IMG/VR virus record: IMGVR_UViG_3300020220_000329
Location: 1 to 24,120 of that record
Length of the DNA stretch: 24,120 bases
Reading direction: 5' to 3' (one strand)
DNA from: a virus
Taxonomy: Duplodnaviria; Caudoviricetes
Position 1 is the stretch's first letter, and the number at the start of each line of letters is the position of its first letter. The notes under the pieces are model-generated. The model worked only from the letters and a program-made list of their open reading frames with translations, was not told the origin of the DNA and ran no database searches. Made by a program: the position numbers and the translations under genes. This document shows positions 16,282 through 23,885 of the stretch, piece after piece.

Positions 16282-17490
16282 TTATTTGCGTAGATCCTTA
16301 TCAGCAGTGTGATATGTTTTACCCTTTCTTAGATAAGAATTCACACGTGCGTGTCCCCATTGCTGTGGTGTTGTACCTGGACGATGTCCAGAATTCCATG
16401 CAGCCATACCGCGTCTAAAAACTGTTTTAAGCGTGCTTAAAGAAACTCCAAATTTCTTTGCTTTCGCTGATAGCGAAAGTTTAGACTTTTCTTTTGCTTC
16501 CATTAATTGATCGCTGTGAGTGATGCTCTCATTAATCTTTTTTCGTAAATCTTTAAATGATATTTGCTCTGCCACTTTTTTTATATTTCCTTTTCCCTTT
16601 GGTTTGTATCGTGCAGCTGCGGTCGCTCTTCGTTCAGCTGCACGTGCAGCTGCGATCGCCCTTCGTTCAGCTGTGGTCGCCCTTCGTCGTAAAACTTCTT
16701 CATATCTTTCACGGCTTTTTTGTTTTAATGGTGGAGAAGCACTATTTGTTTTCGATTGTACATTATCTAATGATTGTCGAGTAGCATGAGCAGCAATCAA
16801 TGCTTTAAAGTCTGGTGTGACTGCTTTAGGATTAAGATATTGTCGAAGCGTTTGAGTATCATAAATAACTAGTTGTTGTTGCTGTTGTTGTTGCTGTTGT
16901 TGTTGCTGTTGTTGAGTCATCTGTCTGTCTCTATCTGTAAGTTTTGGTGTTGCAGCTGCTGTGAAAAGTGATGCTGCAATAAATGGTGTTACTGATGCTG
17001 GTGGTGATGCTGGTGATATGTTGGATGCAACTAATGGACCACTAGAACCACCATAAAAATGATCATATGCACTCTGACCACCTTCCTTCTTAACCATTGC
17101 TCGTTGAATAGTATCAATATTTTTTGAATCTATTTGTTTATTTGGATCTAATCCTGATTTTGTAAATACATCATCGATATATGCATTAGGATCGTTTGGA
17201 TATTTTTTCCCAAGCGGCGTATTATCATCTTTTGGTGCATACTTATTAATCATTTGTGCACCTGTCATTCCCTTGCCAGCATCAATCCTAATTTGACGCT
17301 GCATGGCGTTCATACCAGCTTCTTGATCTGGAAAAATCGCAAATCCATGTTCATCAAATCCGATTGCGTTATCTAATACATATCCAGGTTGTGTTAAATA
17401 TTGTTGCGTTTTAGCATCAACTGCGCGCAAATTACCTGGATTATTATTTCTAATTGAACGGACTTCGTTTAATATATTTTTATTTGGCAT
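16282..17490 (-). CDS. 402-aa protein: N-terminal NNNPGNL-type lysozyme-like virion domain, polyQ/Ala-Arg linker, C-terminal DUF5824-C-like domain
   Basis: RSIRNNNPGNLR...FAIFPD.EAG..AM...INKYAP..DN.P.AY...AMVKKEGG; Q14; LKTVFRRGMAAWNSGHRPGTTPQQWGHARVNSYL..GKTYHTADKDLR. Confidence 0.75.
   Translation of the reverse strand: MPNKNILNEVRSIRNNNPGNLRAVDAKTQQYLTQPGYVLDNAIGFDEHGFAIFPDQEAGMNAMQRQIRIDAGKGMTGAQMINKYAPKDDNTPLGKKYPNDPNAYIDDVFTKSGLDPNKQIDSKNIDTIQRAMVKKEGGQSAYDHFYGGSSGPLVASNISPASPPASVTPFIAASLFTAAATPKLTDRDRQMTQQQQQQQQQQQQQQLVIYDTQTLRQYLNPKAVTPDFKALIAAHATRQSLDNVQSKTNSASPPLKQKSRERYEEVLRRRATTAERRAIAAARAAERRATAAARYKPKGKGNIKKVAEQISFKDLRKKINESITHSDQLMEAKEKSKLSLSAKAKKFGVSLSTLKTVFRRGMAAWNSGHRPGTTPQQWGHARVNSYLRKGKTYHTADKDLRK
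16873..16914. repeat. Polyglutamine microsatellite (14 Gln; CAA/CAG with 12-bp period)
   Basis: ttgttgttgctg repeated on the plus strand. Confidence 0.9.
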
Positions 17491-17491
17491 T

Positions 17492-18847
17492 TTATTGTAC
17501 CGTCTCTACTCGCTCTTCGCCAGATTGTTGCTGTGCTGCCTGTTGTTTCTGGAATCTACCACGATTAAAGTTTAGACGATTGAAATTTTCACGATCGTTT
17601 GCCTTTACAGCAATGTCATTACCAGTCATTGGATTCTTCATAACAATCACGTGACCTTCTTGCGAATTAACAATCTCGCCAGTATCTGGATCAGAAATTG
17701 TACCTTGCATCAAATTTGTATTTTGTTGTGCATTCGCTTCAAATGCGGGCAGCATTGCTTTCTTGGCATTTGCAACTTCTTGATGAATGCGGAATGTTTG
17801 TCTCCATTTTACTGAATTCATATTGAAATCGTTTAGAGTATCATCACGTTGTTGTGTTAGACTTTGCGCCTTGGTTTGACTTTTCGCGCCTTCAATCTGA
17901 CGATTAAATTTTTGTCCAACATGCTCAACAAAATTTTCATAAGTCAAAGGGAGTCCATCACGAATAGTTGCATTAACGAAAGTTGAGAAGTGCGCCGCAT
18001 GTGGAATAGCGTGTTGAAAATCATGTTTTTCGGCTAGTATTCTTACATTTTTAACAGCACGATCATATGCTGCTTGAGCATCAGTGCTGTAATTTTCTTG
18101 ATTTGGTCGAGTTGCACGTGGATCAATTACATGCACATCTGGATGTGTTCCGAATGATCGTGTTGGAATATTGAATTCTCTTCGTGGGAAAGTCAACATC
18201 ATTTGACCAGTTTTTGGATTTGGTTTCCAATATGCGTTACGATATCCTGTATGAATAGCAATACCAAATTGAGAATTTAAAATTCTCTGACCAATCCTAG
18301 AATTTGCTGGAGCTGAGTAATTAATTAATTGTGGATTTACAGCTACGTTAACATTACCTTCTTCATCTTGATTTTGTTGTACCATATCAGGCGTATGCAT
18401 AAAATCGCCTTGGTATATTCCACGCATCGGAGCAATTTTAGGAAGATGCTCGAGTGCTGCCATTATTTTTGCAGCGAGTCCTGGTTTATCACCGTAATAT
18501 TCCTGAACTTCTTCTGGAGTTGTGGCAAGTTTCTGCGTAGTTTTATTGAAAGCTGATTTAGAGGCAGCGAAAAATGTGCCTGGAGCATATCCGCTATTCT
18601 TGGCGCCTTTGGTTGGTGTGCGACCAAAAACAACTGCAGGTGAACCATCATGTTTTACAGAAACACTTGCTTCTGATGCCTCACCCTTTAGATATTTGTG
18701 CATGTTGTCTAGGAAAGACAACGATAAATCTAATCCCTCTTTTCCATGAGGAATTAATAAGTCTTCAACGTGTTCTAGGTGTCCGCCGTTTAGATCTTCG
18801 TTCTCAAACTTTGCGGCTTCAGTGAGATATTGAACAAATCTTAACAT
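17492..18847 (-). CDS. DUF6267-like protein with ligase/capping-enzyme-type nucleotidyltransferase motifs and N-terminal capsid-targeting-like sequence
   Basis: MLRFVQYLTE N-terminus; HLEHVEDL; SVKHDGSPAVVFG (KxDG); YQGDFM; QEGHVI; AVKANDRENF; GAGG SD. Confidence 0.75.
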   Translation of the reverse strand: MLRFVQYLTEAAKFENEDLNGGHLEHVEDLLIPHGKEGLDLSLSFLDNMHKYLKGEASEASVSVKHDGSPAVVFGRTPTKGAKNSGYAPGTFFAASKSAFNKTTQKLATTPEEVQEYYGDKPGLAAKIMAALEHLPKIAPMRGIYQGDFMHTPDMVQQNQDEEGNVNVAVNPQLINYSAPANSRIGQRILNSQFGIAIHTGYRNAYWKPNPKTGQMMLTFPRREFNIPTRSFGTHPDVHVIDPRATRPNQENYSTDAQAAYDRAVKNVRILAEKHDFQHAIPHAAHFSTFVNATIRDGLPLTYENFVEHVGQKFNRQIEGAKSQTKAQSLTQQRDDTLNDFNMNSVKWRQTFRIHQEVANAKKAMLPAFEANAQQNTNLMQGTISDPDTGEIVNSQEGHVIVMKNPMTGNDIAVKANDRENFNRLNFNRGRFQKQQAAQQQSGEERVETVQ

Positions 18848-18882
18848 ACGCCTCTTCCACTCTGTGGGATGGTTATATGTTC

Positions 18883-18889
18883 TATTTAG
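18883..18889 (-). promoter_or_regulatory. Putative T4-type late promoter (CTAAATA) heading the mosaic gene cluster
   Basis: ACTAAATA overlaps the SDR stop codon, 36 nt upstream of the ATG at 18847; same variant as 6537-6543. Confidence 0.65.
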
Positions 18890-19770
18890 TTATTTTTTCT
18901 AGTCAAGATCCCATATATAATATCGTCAATCGTTTGTTGAATCGTAAACTCTGGATTATATCCGAGATCTCGTAATTTGGTATTATCCATAAAAAAAGAT
19001 CGAGATGACTGGACCGTTTTATGGAATTCTTTTTGTTCAATCGTTCGAATTTCTGATCCCGAATCCATAGAGTCACGAGCATAGCGTATCGTATCTCGGA
19101 AGATTATCGGTTTCCCATTTCCAATATTGTAGATAGAGTCCAACTCTCCTTTTGTTCGAACCAAATCGATTGCTCGAGCGCAATCGCGAACATCAATATA
19201 ATCACGATAAAAATAACCAGAGTCGTAGAGCTCGATGGGTCGGTTTGCAGCGAGCTCGCCCAATAGATACTGGAGCGCGTTTTTCTTCGCAGATACTTTT
19301 TTATCTTGTTTACCCAATACATTTGCTAATCTCAGAATACGATAGTTTAAATTGAACGTCTCGCAGTAAGACATAAGCAGCTGCTCGGCGCATCGTTTTG
19401 TAATCGAATAAAATCCTTTTGGATCACAGGGATCAGTCTCAGGAATACCACGTGAACCCTCGCCGAAGCCAGAGTCCTGCCCATAAACAAACCAAGAACT
19501 TATAAAGTTAAAACAACCTTTTTGTCTAGTTTTCTGCATATAACTGCGATAACTATCCAAAACCTTCATTAAAATTACAAGGTTTGTATTAATATCTAGT
19601 AAAGAATCACGATGCACATTGTAGTTATCAACTGTGCTAATGAAATAAAGAACATTATTAGATCTTACCTCATAATTATCTCGATCATTCAGTATCCATG
19701 GTGTTTTGGTGGTTCGAACATACTCAGAACCAACAAACCCACTTCCACCAAATATATTTACGATACCCAT
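18886..19770 (-). CDS. NAD(P)-dependent epimerase/reductase (extended SDR); probable NDP-4-keto-deoxysugar reductase
   Basis: IFGGSGFVG Rossmann motif, FISSWFVYG, YSITK (YxxxK), LRLANVLG, RDYIDVRD, YNIGNG; second Met (19770) preferred over 19800 because it directly precedes the Rossmann strand. Confidence 0.85.
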   Translation of the reverse strand: MGIVNIFGGSGFVGSEYVRTTKTPWILNDRDNYEVRSNNVLYFISTVDNYNVHRDSLLDINTNLVILMKVLDSYRSYMQKTRQKGCFNFISSWFVYGQDSGFGEGSRGIPETDPCDPKGFYSITKRCAEQLLMSYCETFNLNYRILRLANVLGKQDKKVSAKKNALQYLLGELAANRPIELYDSGYFYRDYIDVRDCARAIDLVRTKGELDSIYNIGNGKPIIFRDTIRYARDSMDSGSEIRTIEQKEFHKTVQSSRSFFMDNTKLRDLGYNPEFTIQQTIDDIIYGILTRKNN

Positions 19771-21053
19771 TTTTGCATTACGCTTTCGTAATATTCCCAA
19801 ACCTTATCACCATAATGAGGTGGGCAACCAACAAAGAACACATTACTGAGTGCCTTGTTTGCATATGGATATTTAGAGGCATCGTCAAGATGTTTGTAAC
19901 CAGGATGCAAGAGAATATTCCCAGCAAAGTAGTTACGAGTCTGAATTCGATTTGCTTCGCAGAATGCCTGGAGTTTCTCCTTGAGTTCTGGAGTATCTGT
20001 AATCAAAGGAACACCGAACCACGAAGGATCAGCCTGATCAAGATTGCTTGCTACTCGAACACCAGGAACATAACGCATGAAGAAACTCTTGATGCGCTGG
20101 AAATTTAGGCGACGCTTTACATCAATCTCATCAATCTTCTTTAATTGTTCAATGCCAATCGCACCTTGAAGATCAAGTGGTTTGAGATTATATCCCATGT
20201 TTGAAAAAAGATACTTGTGATCAATTACACCATCATATCCGTCAAGCCATTTGTCAAAACGATTGCCACATGTACCGCAAGCCAATAAATTAGCAGCACC
20301 GACGCAGCGGCAATCACGACCCCACCAACTAATCGAACGTGCTGTGTTAATAAGTTCTTCGTCATTTGAGCAAACCATGCCTCCTTCGCCAGTTGAAATG
20401 TGATGTGCAGGATAAAACGAGCACGTCCACGAATAATAATATTCAGTCAATAATTTACCATCCCAGCGAGTACCGAGAGAGTCGCAATTATCACCGATCA
20501 AAAGTAAATCATGTTTATTACAAATCTCTTGTATACGATCCATGTCGGGTGGATTACCAAGTACAGGTGATACAAAAATAGCTGCTGTACGATCTGTAAT
20601 TTTTTCTTCAAGTTTATTTAAATCAAAATTTAATGTATCCATTTCAATATCAACGAATACTGGAGTCATATTATTTTGAATGATTGGAGCAATCGTAGTT
20701 GGAAACCCAACAGGAGAAACTAAAACCTCTACACCATCTTCAAGTTTGAGATGTTTTTTAAGAGCAGCGACCATTGTGAGATTAGCCGATGAACCAGAAT
20801 TCACCATATGACAATGTTTCGTATTGAACTTACGACCGAATGCCCACTGAAATTTTGCAACCTGCTCACCAGAAACAAGCCACTTGCCCGTGAGAAATGC
20901 AGTCACACCAGCAATGACTTCTTTCTCATCCCAATATGGACCAGAATAGAATACAGTATCTTTTTCAGGATTGAATTCTTTACAGTTGTATGCATATTTG
21001 GGAGTGCCAACGGCGGCAACCAAATCTTCAATCATCTGTTTCACTTCACTCAT
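19758..21053 (-). CDS. rfbH: NDP-4-keto-6-deoxyglucose 3-dehydrase (E1, RfbH/DdhC/SpnQ type; DegT/DnrJ fold)
   Basis: VNSGSSANL, FPTT, VLGNP, DNCDSLG, SFYPAHHISTGEGG (His replacing the Schiff-base Lys), WGRDCRC...GTCGNRF Fe-S Cys cluster, YNLKP.DLQ.AIG, PSWFG, TRNYFAGN. Confidence 0.9.
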   Translation of the reverse strand: MSEVKQMIEDLVAAVGTPKYAYNCKEFNPEKDTVFYSGPYWDEKEVIAGVTAFLTGKWLVSGEQVAKFQWAFGRKFNTKHCHMVNSGSSANLTMVAALKKHLKLEDGVEVLVSPVGFPTTIAPIIQNNMTPVFVDIEMDTLNFDLNKLEEKITDRTAAIFVSPVLGNPPDMDRIQEICNKHDLLLIGDNCDSLGTRWDGKLLTEYYYSWTCSFYPAHHISTGEGGMVCSNDEELINTARSISWWGRDCRCVGAANLLACGTCGNRFDKWLDGYDGVIDHKYLFSNMGYNLKPLDLQGAIGIEQLKKIDEIDVKRRLNFQRIKSFFMRYVPGVRVASNLDQADPSWFGVPLITDTPELKEKLQAFCEANRIQTRNYFAGNILLHPGYKHLDDASKYPYANKALSNVFFVGCPPHYGDKVWEYYESVMQKWVS

Positions 21054-21925
21054 TATCTCTTCCTCAAAATTTGGCCAAGATATTTGCCATAATCTGACTT
21101 ACTATACTTTTCTGCGGAACGACGAACATCATGCTCAGTAATCCATGCATTCTTATACGCAATTTCTTCTGGGCATGCAATCATCATTCCTGTTCTCTTT
21201 TGCACTGAACCCACAAACATAGAGGCTTCCGATAGAGATTCAAATGTTCCTGTATCAATCCAAGCAATCCCACGATTTAAATACTCAATCTTGCAATCGA
21301 AATTCTCCAGATAAAGATTGTTAATATCAGTAATTTCTAACTCGCCTCGCGCAGAGGGTCTAATCCTCCAAGCATATTCTACTACTTTATTGTCGTAAAA
21401 GTAAAGTCCAGTGACAGCATAATTACTTGGTGCAATTTTAGGTTTCTCAACAATCTTAATTGGATGACCCTCTGTATTTTGCTCAACAACACCAAATCTT
21501 TCTGGGTCAGATACATGATAGGCGAAGAGTGTACAACCAGCATTATTCCAAGTTGCTGCATTGAATCGATTAATCAATTCGTTTCCATAAAAAATATTAT
21601 CGCCAAGAATCAGCGTAACATCATCTCTACCAATCCATTTATCGGCAATACGAAAACACTCAGCAATTCCTTTTGGTTCTAATTGAACTTCATAAGAAAT
21701 TTCTACTCCCCATTGAGATCCATCGCCGCAAAGACGTTTAAATGCTGCGGCATCATTCGGTGAATTGATAATCAAAATATCTCGAATACCTGCCATCATT
21801 AGCGTTGATAATGGATAATAAACGAGAGGTTTATCATAAACAGGCAATAACTGTTTTGATGTAACTTCAGTGCATGGATATAATCTTGTTCCTAGTCCAC
21901 CAGATAGTATAATTCCTTTTCTCAT
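21053..21925 (-). CDS. rfbA: Glucose-1-phosphate thymidylyltransferase
   Basis: MRKGIILSGGLGTRLYP, SKQLLPVYDKP, LILGDNIFYG, ERFGVV, EKP, PSARGELEITD, WIDTGT; ATG at 21925 overlaps the rfbB stop (ATGA). Confidence 0.95.
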   Translation of the reverse strand: MRKGIILSGGLGTRLYPCTEVTSKQLLPVYDKPLVYYPLSTLMMAGIRDILIINSPNDAAAFKRLCGDGSQWGVEISYEVQLEPKGIAECFRIADKWIGRDDVTLILGDNIFYGNELINRFNAATWNNAGCTLFAYHVSDPERFGVVEQNTEGHPIKIVEKPKIAPSNYAVTGLYFYDNKVVEYAWRIRPSARGELEITDINNLYLENFDCKIEYLNRGIAWIDTGTFESLSEASMFVGSVQKRTGMMIACPEEIAYKNAWITEHDVRRSAEKYSKSDYGKYLGQILRKR

Positions 21926-22869
21926 TTGTACCACTCCAATGTTTTACGAATTCCCTCAGTGATATTAGTCTTTGCTTTCCATCCGAGTTCTCGTTCAAGT
22001 TTTGACGAATTCATTGCGTATCTAAAATCATGACCTTTACGATCAGTTACAAAATTGATCCAGTTCTGATACATGTGAATTGGTTTTCCTATAACGTCAA
22101 GAATCAAAGTAACCATATCAAGATTACTCATCTCATGACCGCCACCGATGTTATAACGCTCACCCGATTTAAAGTTTTCACCAATTGTTAACAATGCATC
22201 ACAATGATCTTCAACAAACAACCAATCACGAATATTTTGACCATTACCATATACTGGAACTGGTGTATTCATATGAATATGTCGAATTATGGTTGGAATA
22301 AATTTTTCTTTATGCTGTCGAGGACCGTAGTTATTCGAACAATTAGTTACGACTGCATCAATACCATGTGTATTCACATATGAGCGAACAAGATGATCGC
22401 TGGCTGCTTTTGTGGCAGAGTACGGATTACGAGGATTGTATGGAGTTTTCTCAGTGAATGGCGAATCATCATGAGAAAGCGATCCATAAACTTCGTCAGT
22501 AGAGACATGAACAAGTTTTCCCTTGTATTTACGAATACACTTTAGAATGTTGTGAGTGCCATCAATATTAGTGCTGAGGAAATGATCGTCGCCAGTAATA
22601 GAGTTATCGACGTGAGACTCAGCAGCAAAATGAAACGTAATTTCTGGTTCATAGTCACGGTATAATTGATCAAGTAAAACAAGGTTTCGAATATCGCAGC
22701 GACGAATAACTACTCTATAGTCCTCGAAAAGACCATAAACATTTTTTTCATCAGCTGAATAAGAATAGTTATCTAAGATAACAACTGTATCTGCAGGATA
22801 CTTCTTTAGATGCGCAAATACAAAATTGGAGCCAATAAATCCCAAACCACCAGTCACAAATGTAGTCAT
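21922..22869 (-). CDS. rfbB: dTDP-glucose 4,6-dehydratase
   Basis: VTGGLGFIGSNF, HFAAESHVDNSI, HVSTDEVYG, PYSATKA, NCSNNYGPRQH.EK.IP, RDWLFVEDH, GHDFRY. Confidence 0.95.
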   Translation of the reverse strand: MTTFVTGGLGFIGSNFVFAHLKKYPADTVVILDNYSYSADEKNVYGLFEDYRVVIRRCDIRNLVLLDQLYRDYEPEITFHFAAESHVDNSITGDDHFLSTNIDGTHNILKCIRKYKGKLVHVSTDEVYGSLSHDDSPFTEKTPYNPRNPYSATKAASDHLVRSYVNTHGIDAVVTNCSNNYGPRQHKEKFIPTIIRHIHMNTPVPVYGNGQNIRDWLFVEDHCDALLTIGENFKSGERYNIGGGHEMSNLDMVTLILDVIGKPIHMYQNWINFVTDRKGHDFRYAMNSSKLERELGWKAKTNITEGIRKTLEWYK

Positions 22870-22882
22870 AAAACCTCAATAA

Positions 22883-23278
22883 TTAATTCTGTACTTCCTC
22901 ATAAATTGCTGGATTGTTTTTACCATAATTTCTCATTATTACACCAGCTTTACTGTTTGCTTCATTCTCAAACTCGCTTCCTGTTTCGCCAGCATAGTTA
23001 TGCAGTATACCATCTTCATTTTGTTTATGGTGCACTAGTTCATGAGCGAGCGTTCGAAGCGAATCTGCAAGATGACGACCACCTACATTTAAATGAATCG
23101 TTCTTTCAGAAGGAGAGTAACCACCGAAACTTGTATTTTCTTTAGCAACATTCTTGTCATTAATTATGATCAGTTTGGGCATCTCTGCAATACCTAAATT
23201 GTCTTTACAATAACCCATGAAATCATTAATGCTACTATTGATTTCCTGCTCCTTTAGATATTCTCTGAATTTTTTCAT
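22883..23278 (-). CDS. Small zincin-like (HEXXH) protein with N-terminal capsid-targeting-like sequence
   Basis: MKKFREYLKE N-terminus; SFGGY, LRTLAHELVHHKQ and downstream ENEAN glutamate motif. Confidence 0.8.
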   Translation of the reverse strand: MKKFREYLKEQEINSSINDFMGYCKDNLGIAEMPKLIIINDKNVAKENTSFGGYSPSERTIHLNVGGRHLADSLRTLAHELVHHKQNEDGILHNYAGETGSEFENEANSKAGVIMRNYGKNNPAIYEEVQN

Positions 23279-23885
23279 TCGATTTATAAACCTTCTTAAG
23301 AAATCGTTTCCAGACCTTTGGATCTCGTTTACGAAAATGAAGACGATACATATAAACAGCCTCGGATTCGTGCCAGCTTATCTTATGCGCCTTTCGTAGT
23401 TTATTTATATCGAGTCTCTCAGCCTGAGTCTCATAGGCATGAGCGTCTAATTCATCTGGATTTCCATAATATATAACCTTGAATTTGTTTTGATTTGGCT
23501 TTGGTTTATACTCTTTTTGCAGAAGAAATGGTCGCTGGCGTTGTTGGTGTTTATGGCGGTATTCATGATGTATCGCTCGAATAATCTTTACGGCAAGATT
23601 CTTAGCACCTTTCTCTGTTATTTTGGCTTTCTTAGGGGTTTTGGGAAAGGCGAGCTGAATATAAATGTGTTCGGGAATAATATCTGAAATACGACCACAA
23701 TAATGCCCACTCACAATTATACTATGATCAGTATAATACTCCTCTTCAAATCTCTCAGAGGAGAAACATACAATGTATGATTTAAATGCTTTATTTAATT
23801 GTCGAATGATAGAGGGAACATGCTTCTTTCCGATCCAATTCTCGGCAAGAGCATAAACTTTTTTTTCAATCTTGTGGAGTTTCAT
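23235..23885 (-). CDS. Basic hypothetical protein with zincin-like HEXXH motif
   Basis: IHHEYRHKHQ followed by YYGNPDELDAHA; TAATG coupling to the helicase stop. Confidence 0.75.
   Translation of the reverse strand: MKLHKIEKKVYALAENWIGKKHVPSIIRQLNKAFKSYIVCFSSERFEEEYYTDHSIIVSGHYCGRISDIIPEHIYIQLAFPKTPKKAKITEKGAKNLAVKIIRAIHHEYRHKHQQRQRPFLLQKEYKPKPNQNKFKVIYYGNPDELDAHAYETQAERLDINKLRKAHKISWHESEAVYMYRLHFRKRDPKVWKRFLKKVYKSNEKIQRISKGAGNQ
23402..23409 (-). promoter_or_regulatory. Perfect T4 late promoter consensus TATAAATA (internal to the 216-aa gene)
   Basis: tatttata at 23402-23409, 124 nt upstream of the CTS-bearing gene at 23278. Confidence 0.55.

Noticed and set aside
16635-16652. Perfect 18-bp palindrome cagctgcacgtgcagctg, and similar gcacgtgcacgtgc (8063-8076) and gtgcacgtgcac (13504-13515)
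   Set aside because: Explained by Ala-Arg-Ala codons (GCA CGT GCA, GCA GCT GCA), which are self-complementary
18886-22869. Bacterial O-antigen locus or chimeric contig
   Set aside because: Genes are compact, tightly packed between T4-like genes and flanked by late-promoter motifs; no wzx/wzy or glycosyltransferases
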